A stretch of 25,127 nt of DNA from a virus (IMGVR_UViG_3300038673_000366:1-25127), one strand, 5' to 3'. Positions 8,028 through 15,808 are shown, counted from the stretch's first letter. The notes: generated by a model from the letters alone, not told the origin. Numbers and translations: made by a program.

Positions 8028-8241
8028 TTTGCTGTGACAGTGTGACAGATATATCAGTTCTGACATACTGTCACAGCAAAAAGGGGGGGGTGTGACAAAA
8101 AAAGTGTGACAAAAATACCCCTTTAGAATCATACACTTAAGTACAATCTGTCACAGTGTCACACTATATATACTCATGATCGGAGGGAAATCTGTCACAC
8201 CCAGCGCATTTTAGCTGTGACAAGCTGTGACAACTGTGACA
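8028..8241. repeat. Iteron field, probable replication origin
   Basis: TGTGACA at 8033, 8041, 8091, 8105, 8216, 8226, 8235; its reverse complement TGTCACA at 8069, 8149, 8157, 8193; 13-bp inverted repeat 8028-8040/8068-8080; non-coding and immediately after the helicase. Confidence 0.8.
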
Positions 8242-8340
8242 GTTTTTCACCATAGGATATTGCATAGGAGGTATCGGGAAGTAGGGGGACTTTCACCTTT
8301 TCTTCACCCCCCTACCCCCCTACCTCCCTCTACCATTCAA

Positions 8341-8568
8341 CTAGTTCAGGGGAGTCCAAATATATGATGTAGCCTCCCGGAACTTCTCCCGGTCGAAACG
8401 AGGGTTATCTTCTGCTAGAATATCCTCAATAACACTTGTTAATCTCATCAGCACTGACCACGCTGTGCCTAAATCGAGGTAATTCCCCTCATAGGTCTTC
8501 CTTATACTTTGTGCAGTTGAGTCTAAAGCAGCTGCAATTTTAGTGTAATCCTTCTTACTCATTCCCAT
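8341..8568 (-). CDS. Conserved phage hypothetical protein (KKDY..IA...DNPRFDREKF family)
   Basis: Recognisable widespread phage motif; strong AAGGAGG RBS. Confidence 0.8.
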   Translation of the reverse strand: MGMSKKDYTKIAAALDSTAQSIRKTYEGNYLDLGTAWSVLMRLTSVIEDILAEDNPRFDREKFREATSYIWTPLN

Positions 8569-8597
8569 AACTTCCTCCTTATCAATAAGTTAGACCT

Positions 8598-8632
8598 TCT
8601 GTCCCGACGCCTCAACATCTGTCTCGACGCCT
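8598..8632. repeat. Direct repeat TCTGTC[C/T]CGACGCCT x2 (20-bp period), candidate operator
   Basis: Copies at 8598-8612 and 8618-8632, upstream of the 8568 gene. Confidence 0.6.
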
Positions 8633-8686
8633 TATAATTCCGGTTATATAATTGGGGGTAAAAAGAAAAAAAATTATAATAGGAAC

Positions 8687-8725
8687 AAAAAAAAAGCAGG
8701 GTACGGGATTTCTCCCATACCCCAC
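8687..8725 (-). terminator. Intrinsic terminator
   Basis: Minus strand GTGGGGTATGGGA-GAAA-TCCCGTACCCTGC followed by a run of 9 T. Confidence 0.85.
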
Positions 8726-8729
8726 TTAC

Positions 8730-8876
8730 TCATTCTGCAGCGAAAAACCCAGTTACCTTCTCCCAAACAAATATCACCAAGGCTATGATAAAGCCAATTC
8801 CCACAACAATATTGACTAATATAGCCTCTAATAGTTTGAGAACAACCGGGGTGGAGTCTTTATACTGCCCACTCAT
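8730..8876 (-). CDS. Small membrane protein (48 aa; not in the ORF track)
   Basis: MSGQYKDSTPVVLKLLEAILVNIVVGIGFIIALVIFVWEKVTGFFAAE; ATGA overlap with the upstream gene. Confidence 0.6.
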   Translation of the reverse strand: MSGQYKDSTPVVLKLLEAILVNIVVGIGFIIALVIFVWEKVTGFFAAE

Positions 8877-9247
8877 CCTGCAGCCTCCTCCACTGGCCTT
8901 TCCTTCCCTACAACCTCCATCACCTGATCGTAAATCAGCAGGGCCATAACCGAGGCATTCTTAACGGTCGTCAATAACTTAGCCCCAAGGGCTAAAGGTA
9001 CATCCTCATCCCCTAATGTATTGGCGACGTTTTCAAGGATGCTACTCACCAGTTTACCCTGAACCTCATCGAGGTTCTTAGTACGGGCCACCATCCCAAT
9101 GGCGATTGACCTGAAAACCGCCGTTACCTCAGGGCCTCTCAGGTCGATTTTCCCATCCTTAGCATGGGAGTATAGCCCTACTGCCCCCAGTAAGGCTGCC
9201 TCTGCAGCAGCCTCTGCCACCTCATTCCTTTTCGCTTCTTCCTCCAT
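8873..9247 (-). CDS. Hypothetical helical protein (124 aa)
   Basis: AAAGGAG RBS; on the early strand. Confidence 0.7.
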   Translation of the reverse strand: MEEEAKRNEVAEAAAEAALLGAVGLYSHAKDGKIDLRGPEVTAVFRSIAIGMVARTKNLDEVQGKLVSSILENVANTLGDEDVPLALGAKLLTTVKNASVMALLIYDQVMEVVGKERPVEEAAG

Positions 9248-9271
9248 TTTATCTCCTTTTAGCAGTTACAT

Positions 9272-9673
9272 TTACCTTAGTGTGTATCGGTAGGGTCGGG
9301 TGCTTGTATCAACACGTAGGGCGTGTCTATGCCTGAACAAAACAGAGGAAATCGTACTACGAGTGGTTCCGATTACCTTAGCCATCTCCTGTGTTGAATG
9401 CTTGCCTGTATGGACGTTTAGAAACTCCTTGACCTGCCTCCCGCGTTCCCCTTTTCCAAGGCGGCTCCTACGCACCTTCGCCTTTGAGGTTGTGGGGGTC
9501 TCCTTCTCCTCCTTCTGGTCTAGGGGGCTTAGCGTAAGGAGCACTTTGTATAGCTTAGTGAGGTGGCCTTTTAGCTCTTCTACCTCCTTCTCCTTCTCCT
9601 TCAGTTTAGCTTCCCCAAGTTCAATCACTGAACATAAGGCAGCTTCCATGCCATCATCCAACTTCGATCCCAC
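9272..9673 (-). CDS. Coiled-coil plus C-terminal HTH DNA-binding protein
   Basis: LKEKEKEVEELKGHL coil; STQEMAKVIGTTRSTISSVL HTH; GTG start after AAGGAGG. Confidence 0.7.
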   Translation of the reverse strand: MGSKLDDGMEAALCSVIELGEAKLKEKEKEVEELKGHLTKLYKVLLTLSPLDQKEEKETPTTSKAKVRRSRLGKGERGRQVKEFLNVHTGKHSTQEMAKVIGTTRSTISSVLFRHRHALRVDTSTRPYRYTLR

Positions 9674-9675
9674 GC

Positions 9676-9903
9676 TTATTCCTCCTTTACTTTAGTTTTC
9701 ACTGCACCCATAGCAGCCACAGCGATTGCAGACTGGAACTCCAGTAAAGAGGTGACAGAGTCAAACCCCAACTCTGCACACCCGGTTCCATCCGCTGTAG
9801 CTATCTGCAACCACACAACCCCCGGAGTTGAGAGGTTCACCTTAATTGAATACTTCCCCCCTCCTCCCCCTAAAGGTTGACCCATGATATATTTAGTTAC
9901 CAT
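9676..9903 (-). CDS. Hypothetical protein (75 aa)
   Basis: Coupled to both neighbours; AGGAGG RBS. Confidence 0.6.
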   Translation of the reverse strand: MVTKYIMGQPLGGGGGKYSIKVNLSTPGVVWLQIATADGTGCAELGFDSVTSLLEFQSAIAVAAMGAVKTKVKEE

Positions 9904-10078
9904 TAGCCATCCTCCTTTTCATATCCCGCTTGCACGTCCATATTAGGAACCTTATCGACCATGAAGGAGAATAGGTTCCTAAACATAGAATCACCGTAAG
10001 GGACTCCACTAACTCAATCCATGCCCTTATCCACCTTTGGCTATAGTGGAGTACTCGAAGGTTTAGTGGTCTGGTCAC
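9893..10078 (-). CDS. Small hydrophobic hypothetical protein (61 aa)
   Basis: GTGA overlap with the upstream gene; GGAGG RBS. Confidence 0.55.
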   Translation of the reverse strand: MTRPLNLRVLHYSQRWIRAWIELVESLTVILCLGTYSPSWSIRFLIWTCKRDMKRRMANGN

Positions 10079-10350
10079 TCCTCCACCTCCCTCTCCCTAC
10101 AAACTCTCAGCAGGTGTGCATATTCCTCTCCCCCTTCATTCAGTGCCTTGAGTAATGTCTCACCCATTCGGTACGCCATACCTATATTTCTAAGGTACAA
10201 GCACACCGTATCCCCACCTTCCGGGTGCTCCCCAATGGAAATCTCCACCACCACCGATGGCCGCTTTGCACTGTCGGGCAACAGCAGTCTTACTCTCACT
10301 CTCACATCCTCTGTGTCCCCAACAAACATAGCGGTTTCAGTAATTCCCAT
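10075..10350 (-). CDS. Hypothetical protein (91 aa)
   Basis: Start reassigned to ATG 10350 after AAAGGGGA; preceded by an 11-bp inverted repeat at 10364-10400. Confidence 0.6.
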   Translation of the reverse strand: MGITETAMFVGDTEDVRVRVRLLLPDSAKRPSVVVEISIGEHPEGGDTVCLYLRNIGMAYRMGETLLKALNEGGEEYAHLLRVCREREVEE

Positions 10351-10406
10351 ACTTCCCCTTTCCGGGGTTACCCTCCCCCTTACAGCAGAAGGGTAACCCC
10401 TATTAG

Positions 10407-10859
10407 TTACGCTACGGTTGGCTCGGAGGAATGAGCAAAAACATCCCTGAACGGTCCTGCCCCCCGAAGTGGACATGTATCACACAGGATCGTCAAGTGC
10501 ACTGCTAATCGAACCACCAGAAAACCCATCGTTTCCGTCTTTACATCATCCCACTGCAATCCAAGAATCTCCCCTTCCTTGATTGCATCCTCATGTTCTG
10601 CGAAGCAATCCTCGCTCAACCCCAATGCCTTTAGGGCATCGTCCACGTACGCCGGAAAATACACTATCGACATAGGCCGATGCACTTTCCTGAATTCCCT
10701 GCACTCCGGTGAATCGCTCTCATTCACACGTTTCAGCAGATGGGACACGAGGGCCTTCTGTCCTGTGGTCAGGTCCGCATAAACTGTCTCATCCTCCGGC
10801 TCGTCACCGAGCGTGATTCTGTACCGGTTCATCTCCACCTCTGTACTCCTACCTTTCAT
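10407..10859 (-). CDS. Hypothetical protein (up to 150 aa)
   Basis: ORF on the early strand with GGAGG-rich upstream sequence; start uncertain. Confidence 0.65.
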   Translation of the reverse strand: MKGRSTEVEMNRYRITLGDEPEDETVYADLTTGQKALVSHLLKRVNESDSPECREFRKVHRPMSIVYFPAYVDDALKALGLSEDCFAEHEDAIKEGEILGLQWDDVKTETMGFLVVRLAVHLTILCDTCPLRGAGPFRDVFAHSSEPTVA

Positions 10860-10905
10860 TTCTCATTCCTCCTCCTCCTCCTTACACAGCGTAAATTACG
10901 TATAC

Positions 10906-10953
10906 ATAAAAACAAGGCCCTACCCACCCTCGTAATTAGGGTGAGTAGGGCCT
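10906..10953 (-). terminator. Intrinsic terminator closing the ubiquitin-like operon
   Basis: Minus strand AGGCCCTACTCACCCT-AATTACG-AGGGTGGGTAGGGCCT followed by TGTTTTT, 31 nt after the Ubl stop. Confidence 0.8.
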
Positions 10954-10984
10954 AGTACTACAGGTTACTTCTTACTTCAAACGA

Positions 10985-11395
10985 CTACCGACCACCCTTG
11001 ACGGCGGGAACCAGAGTGATCATGTCACTGTTACTGAGCGAGTAGTCGAGATCCTGCTTGGAACCATTGACGCGAACATCGAACCCGTCGGAGTCCACGT
11101 CCGCCGCCTCCAGAGCATCCTCCAAGTTGGCACCGGCGGGGAGCAGCACCTCCTTCACGACCTCCCCCAGCTTGGCCACCTTGACGGTGATCTCACCGCC
11201 ACCCTTCACCGCCGGAACGAGGGTGATCATGTCACCGTTGACGATGTTCCCACAGGGGGTACGACCGTTGACTCGGACATCAAAACCCTCCGAATCGACT
11301 CCCGCCGCATCCAGCACCTGATCCATGTTCGCGTCGTCGGCAACGGCAACTTCCTTGACCACTTCACCCAGCTTGGCAACTTTCACGATCATCAT
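10985..11395 (-). CDS. Tandem two-domain ubiquitin-like (beta-grasp, ThiS/MoaD-like) protein
   Basis: Two ~66-69 aa repeats, each with VRVNG, GD/SD-MITLVP and a C-terminal VKGG; the last GG is followed by a single R. Confidence 0.9.
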   Translation of the reverse strand: MMIVKVAKLGEVVKEVAVADDANMDQVLDAAGVDSEGFDVRVNGRTPCGNIVNGDMITLVPAVKGGGEITVKVAKLGEVVKEVLLPAGANLEDALEAADVDSDGFDVRVNGSKQDLDYSLSNSDMITLVPAVKGGR

Positions 11396-11446
11396 AATAC
11401 TTACTCTCCATATATGGTTGTTGGTTTGGTTTTGTACTACACTCTT

Positions 11447-11614
11447 TTACTTCTTTACGTCTGCACTACCGTACTGACGCTCATTACCACAAACTGTGCA
11501 TCTGTACGTTGGAAAAATCTTACTGGTCATCAGGTTATGTACTCTCTTCTGCTCCCCATACTTCTTATCCTGATACTCATTCCTGCAAGCACAGGGAAGA
11601 ATAACTGTTTTCAT
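11447..11614 (-). CDS. Small zinc-binding protein (55 aa) within the Ubl operon
   Basis: MKTVILPCACRNEYQDKKYG..RVHN..YRCTVCG; start reassigned to ATG 11614 after GGAGGAG. Confidence 0.7.
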   Translation of the reverse strand: MKTVILPCACRNEYQDKKYGEQKRVHNLMTSKIFPTYRCTVCGNERQYGSADVKK

Positions 11615-11631
11615 CACTCCTCCTCTACCTT

Positions 11632-12282
11632 CTACGGAGTAGTCAACATGGTCAACGTAACCATGTCGAATATGATCTCCTTCATCACCTCCTCTCTTTT
11701 GGCAAACTTCTTCACCTGATTCGCCACCAAGGAAGCAATCATAAAGCCATTGTAAACAATAGCTCTTGCCGTACATGGCTCCTGTAACGCTTCCTCGTCG
11801 CTTGTCAGTGTCTCTTCGTACCAACGTATATGCTCGGGGTCACAAGGGTCGATGGAGTTAATCCTACAAACCTGCGCTCCCATACGAGCATCTACGTACA
11901 GTGGTATAATGGGTTGGTACTTGATGGAATCCCAGATTTCTTTCCGGGCAGCCATCGAATCCACCCCACTCACCACAACTCCGTCAACAGGAGGATGGAA
12001 CCTCTCTGTATAGCTTGTATACTTGAAAGTATCCACCCCGGCCAACGACTCACAGATCTGCTGAGCAGCGTCCACCTTGTTCATTCCTACATGTTTAGGC
12101 CCATACAACTGGTTCGGAGCATTGTGCTCCTCAACCGTGTCGAAGTCCCAAACTGTCACATCTCCTACTCCCATTTTGGTAAGGGCAAGGAGGACAAAAC
12201 TTCCGATCCCCCCTGCCCCTATCACCGTAACGGGAGGCAGATCAGCAGGTCCTACGATTGCGCTCTGCCTCAGAAAATCCAC
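11632..12282 (-). CDS. ThiF/MoeB-family E1-like Ubl-activating enzyme
   Basis: RQ, VIGAGGIGS, WDFDTVEEHN.PNQ, NKV, VDSMAAR and DARMG motifs; candidate catalytic Cys in EPCTAR. Confidence 0.92.
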   Translation of the reverse strand: MDFLRQSAIVGPADLPPVTVIGAGGIGSFVLLALTKMGVGDVTVWDFDTVEEHNAPNQLYGPKHVGMNKVDAAQQICESLAGVDTFKYTSYTERFHPPVDGVVVSGVDSMAARKEIWDSIKYQPIIPLYVDARMGAQVCRINSIDPCDPEHIRWYEETLTSDEEALQEPCTARAIVYNGFMIASLVANQVKKFAKREEVMKEIIFDMVTLTMLTTP

Positions 12283-12283
12283 T

Positions 12284-13057
12284 CTACCTCCTTCCTCCCC
12301 TTACTGAACTCATCAACGCAATCTCCGGCTCCCACGTTTCCTTCTTCCGCCTCTTTTTCGGGGCCGGTTTGAGTTCCTCCCTTTCCCATCTACCCGGGGC
12401 CTTAGCTTCCCGGCTATCCACGAGAATATCTGACCCTTCCTCCCAGAATCCTCCTCGTCCCCAATAGCCCCCCGAGTAGTAGTCCGGTTCCCCGATTTCT
12501 TTCTGGGAGCCGTACCACGTTTTCGTTTTCGCGTCCCAGTAGCTTCCCCGAAAAGACCGAGAAGTAATCTTCTCTTTCACCTCCTCTTCTGCCAGTTTTC
12601 TCAGTTCATCGGAAACCGGCATCGAGACCACTAAGTTGATGTCGTCCAGCACCACGTGGACTGGATCATAAATATCCAGCCTGACCTTGTACTCTCTCTT
12701 CTTGTTGGCCACAACGGAAAGCATCCATCCATTACCAAACTTCCCGGCAGTAGCCTCGTCGGTTGTACTCCAGAACACTCCCATATTTGCATGAGAGTGC
12801 CACCAGAGCTTTAACTTCCCCGGGTCTTCTTCGTTCTTCATCATCTCCGTCATCAACAGAGAGATAGCCTCAGGGTCAAGTTCCGTCTCACTGGTTGAGC
12901 ACTCCTGCTTGAGAAGGTAAATCTTCTCAATGCAAAACTGCCCATTTGTCAGGGAAACAATCCCCAACCCTGAAACCTCATCCTGTGCCAGATCCACATA
13001 CAGATCCAGCATCTGCTTGGCTTCCGGGGTGATTAAGGCGTTGAGGTTAGTCGTCAT
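12284..13057 (-). CDS. JAB/JAMM (MPN+) metallo-isopeptidase
   Basis: DEVSG catalytic Glu plus WWHSHANMGVFWSTTD, an exact H-x-H-x7-S-x2-D motif. Start reassigned to ATG 13057 (GGAGG 8 nt upstream), overlapping the E2 stop. Confidence 0.9.
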   Translation of the reverse strand: MTTNLNALITPEAKQMLDLYVDLAQDEVSGLGIVSLTNGQFCIEKIYLLKQECSTSETELDPEAISLLMTEMMKNEEDPGKLKLWWHSHANMGVFWSTTDEATAGKFGNGWMLSVVANKKREYKVRLDIYDPVHVVLDDINLVVSMPVSDELRKLAEEEVKEKITSRSFRGSYWDAKTKTWYGSQKEIGEPDYYSGGYWGRGGFWEEGSDILVDSREAKAPGRWEREELKPAPKKRRKKETWEPEIALMSSVRGGRR

Positions 13058-14870
13058 CCTCATCTCCTCCCTCTTCCCCTTCCTCAGGGTCACGGCTCCT
13101 GCGCCGGTCGGCAGCTTCATCAGCCTCTCTCCTGCGCTGAGCTTGAGTACTGTTGTCACATCCAGTCCCCGGGACCACCTCCAAGGAGTATTCCCCGGTA
13201 GCCTCAGGCCACAAATACGGATCAGCATACCAGTCAGTGGTGTTAGCTGACTTCAAGTACCTAATGATCAGGTCTACGGCAGCGGCAAGCTCGAACTTGC
13301 TGATGTAGTTGGCAACCCCAGTCCCGATGTTCCCCCAACACGGTGTGCCATCCATACTGACGTGGGGGTGACACAAGGATGTTCCCGGGTTCTCGATGCT
13401 ATCAGCCGTCGTTATCAGCACCACTCCAGACTCAGATCCACTGAGGGGAATCCGTATGTTGTACTTATGCCCTAATCTCCACCGCCTACACGTGAAGAAG
13501 TTGATATGCTTCGTTGTTATTGAGAGTCCCGCTGCTGATGCTCTCACTTGGTAAACATCCGCTAGGGATCTGAGTGCAGCAGCTTCCTTCTTTGCCTTCT
13601 CTGCCGTTGTTACGCCATCAGGACGCGACCACATATCAAGCTCCGATCGAGCTGCCTGTAACTGGCGTACGGTCCTAGCTATTGTTCTATGATTCTCCCG
13701 GATCATTTCCTCTGCCGAGTCAATACTCCGTTGGCATTGAGCTACTTTGATTGACCTAAGGGAGTCGATCCTACGAATCAGTACTTCTTCTACCCTCTGT
13801 CCCATCAAGTCCTCCGGCTGCCCCCCGAGTATCGGAACTGCAGCATCCAAAATCGCTTCAAGTATACCGAGAGTGTTGTAATCCTGTTGGTGGGGTAAAT
13901 CAAAACGGATAAACAACACTCCTCGACGTATTTGAGCTACCGTATCTCCCGTTGTGGGGTCAACTATCGGAAATGTTTCCGGGTCCCCAACGGTTATACC
14001 CACGTTATCCCGTTGACTATTGGCAACCGGGAAGCCAAAACAAGAACTAATCACGTTGTTTGGCATTTCCGAGCCAATCCCGGTACAGTGCACCGGACTT
14101 GTCCAGAAGAGTATCGGAAGTATCTCCGGGTGTCCTCGCATGGTAAGATGCCTGATTCTATCAGGTATCTCGCCGGTGTGTTTGTTCCATATGCGGATCT
14201 TCCTGTGGAGAACCTCCGCATACTTCTCCAGCATCTGTATGGCTTGCATAACGATTTCGTTTAGGTCGGCGCTCACCATCGCAGAGTCAAACAGTTCCAA
14301 GGACGGCAACGACGTATCGGTCAAGTCAATGTTCATATTCCGCTGCGGGCGCATCCCACCCACTAACAGGGGTGACGCGATGATTGATTCCGCAATCTTT
14401 TGACCATACTCCCAGTCAGATTCCGTCATGTAATCCGGTCTGGTGAAATTGCCATAAGCTATTTCCCTTGCACTAGGAAATGGCGTTGGTTCGGCTCTCT
14501 CTGGTGACTCCTCCTCATCTGGATCATCCTCGTCGTCTGGTTCATCGTCAGGATCAGGGTCCCAACCAGCAAAGGTAGGTCGAGTTGGCGTAGCAGGCTC
14601 AATACCACGAATCCGAATTACTACCACATCCGGATTCAGCGTATTGAGCACCTGTACCCCTTCTTCACTCACCCCTAACGCCCGGAGAGCTTCCCCGAGT
14701 TGGGGATAAGGGAACATGATACCGGACAGGGTCTCACCTTCCATACCAGTAACATTGGAAGGTGCTGCAGGTATCCCCGCCCGGATCAAGTTGTTAAGGG
14801 ATCTCTCACTTGAGACCCTCGGAATTATGGCCCACGTATTCGGGGGCCTTTCCGGCAAACTCATACTCAT
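13047..14870 (-). CDS. Large multidomain protein with a C-terminal E2/UBC-like conjugating domain
   Basis: HPHVSMDGTPCWGN parallels the UBC HPN(I/V)..G.IC motif (Cys codon 13338-13340). It is followed by the helix AAAVDLIIRYLKSAN and preceded by a coiled coil and an acidic N-terminal tract. Confidence 0.75.
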   Translation of the reverse strand: MSMSLPERPPNTWAIIPRVSSERSLNNLIRAGIPAAPSNVTGMEGETLSGIMFPYPQLGEALRALGVSEEGVQVLNTLNPDVVVIRIRGIEPATPTRPTFAGWDPDPDDEPDDEDDPDEEESPERAEPTPFPSAREIAYGNFTRPDYMTESDWEYGQKIAESIIASPLLVGGMRPQRNMNIDLTDTSLPSLELFDSAMVSADLNEIVMQAIQMLEKYAEVLHRKIRIWNKHTGEIPDRIRHLTMRGHPEILPILFWTSPVHCTGIGSEMPNNVISSCFGFPVANSQRDNVGITVGDPETFPIVDPTTGDTVAQIRRGVLFIRFDLPHQQDYNTLGILEAILDAAVPILGGQPEDLMGQRVEEVLIRRIDSLRSIKVAQCQRSIDSAEEMIRENHRTIARTVRQLQAARSELDMWSRPDGVTTAEKAKKEAAALRSLADVYQVRASAAGLSITTKHINFFTCRRWRLGHKYNIRIPLSGSESGVVLITTADSIENPGTSLCHPHVSMDGTPCWGNIGTGVANYISKFELAAAVDLIIRYLKSANTTDWYADPYLWPEATGEYSLEVVPGTGCDNSTQAQRRREADEAADRRRSRDPEEGEEGGDEDDD

Positions 14871-14903
14871 CCTCCTTTCCTCAAGTCACTATGACCCAAG
14901 GCA

Positions 14904-14935
14904 TCACTACTCACCGTTAATTCAGTGAGTAGTGA
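14904..14935. repeat. Inverted repeat / hairpin just upstream of the E2 gene
   Basis: TCACTACTCAC-CGTTAATTCA-GTGAGTAGTGA (perfect 11 bp); no U tract. Confidence 0.75.
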
Positions 14936-15074
14936 AGTCCACGGTCACTACCCTACGCCGATTGTCTTTATTCGTTTCACCTCCTTCATGGCCTCATCCA
15001 TCGTGGCCAGTATGACTCCCCTCGGTAACCCGCACTCCAAGAGGATCACCATTAACTTCATCAGTAATCGAGTG

Positions 15075-15230
15075 TTAGGCATTGGCAATTACCTCCACCC
15101 TGTGCCATGGAAGCCACTGAAGGTACCGGGGGCGTCTCACCTCAAACGCTTTCCCTTCCCTTCTCACTACCACCTCTTCCCCAGTCTCCTTGATCCGTAT
15201 TCGGCACACCACTAGCTTCTTTGTGCTCAT
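15075..15230 (-). CDS. Small hypothetical protein (51 aa; not in the ORF track)
   Basis: MSTKKLVVCRIRIKETGEEVVVRREGKAFEVRRPRYLQWLPWHRVEVIANA; AGGAG RBS. Confidence 0.55.
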   Translation of the reverse strand: MSTKKLVVCRIRIKETGEEVVVRREGKAFEVRRPRYLQWLPWHRVEVIANA

Positions 15231-15254
15231 GGGGTCTCCTCTAACATGTAGGGG

Positions 15255-15455
15255 TTAATTGGCAAAGAACCTTGCATCCTTCACTAAGGGCATTACATCT
15301 CCGCCCTTCACTTCAACTACCGGCGTCCCATAACTGCTCCACGCCTTCCGCACTTCTACCACCCTTACCTTTTCCCCTTCACGGTACTTCATGAACAGGG
15401 AAACCTTGTGCTTTCTGCAGTCGTCCAGAGCCTTATTTACTTCGATCAACTTCAT
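15255..15455 (-). CDS. Hypothetical protein (66 aa)
   Basis: AAGGAGG RBS; on the early strand. Confidence 0.65.
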   Translation of the reverse strand: MKLIEVNKALDDCRKHKVSLFMKYREGEKVRVVEVRKAWSSYGTPVVEVKGGDVMPLVKDARFFAN

Positions 15456-15639
15456 GGCTCCTCCTTATCTGTAGCGGTTCAGGGCAATAACCGCCTCTCG
15501 CTACAAGTTCCTCAAACTCCCTTGCCCTCAAGGTGATTTGTGCATCCACCTCCTCCACTTCCCCCTTATCGGGGTCCCGCTGATTCAGGAGGGTGGATAA
15601 GGTTCTGCTGAGTACTGTCTTTATGTACACTCTACTCAT
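15433..15639 (-). CDS. Hypothetical protein (68 aa)
   Basis: GGGAGG RBS; on the early strand. Confidence 0.6.
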   Translation of the reverse strand: MSRVYIKTVLSRTLSTLLNQRDPDKGEVEEVDAQITLRAREFEELVARGGYCPEPLQIRRSHEVDRSK

Positions 15640-15808
15640 CCTCCCTTAGGTACCGATGAATCATGCGGTCAAGGTACCTTACTGCATGATCCAGATAGAC
15701 ATATACCGAATCCGGCACACCCTCACAAGCTGCCGTCCTCCTCTTCTCCTTGAGAATCAGGTGGGTCTCGGTGAGGTCTTCCAGTTCCCTTTCATCTATC
15801 GGATGCAT

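Noticed and set aside
8028-8241. Repeat cluster as a CRISPR array
   Set aside because: Repeats are 7 bp, in both orientations and irregularly spaced; this is iteron-like.
10985-12282. ThiF + ThiS/MoaD as thiamine or molybdopterin biosynthesis genes
   Set aside because: No thiG, moaE, desulfurase or rhodanese gene is nearby; the E2-like and JAB neighbours and the tandem capped Ubl fit protein conjugation better.
12284-12305. JAB protein ends in VRGGRR, resembling the Ubl tail VKGGR
   Set aside because: These codons are the purine-rich RBS (AAGGGGAGGAAGGAGG) of the next gene, so the match is probably a by-product.
13058-13228. N-terminal extension of the JAB ORF as given in the ORF track
   Set aside because: It overlaps the E2 C-terminus by ~180 nt; the ATG at 13057 has a well-spaced GGAGG.
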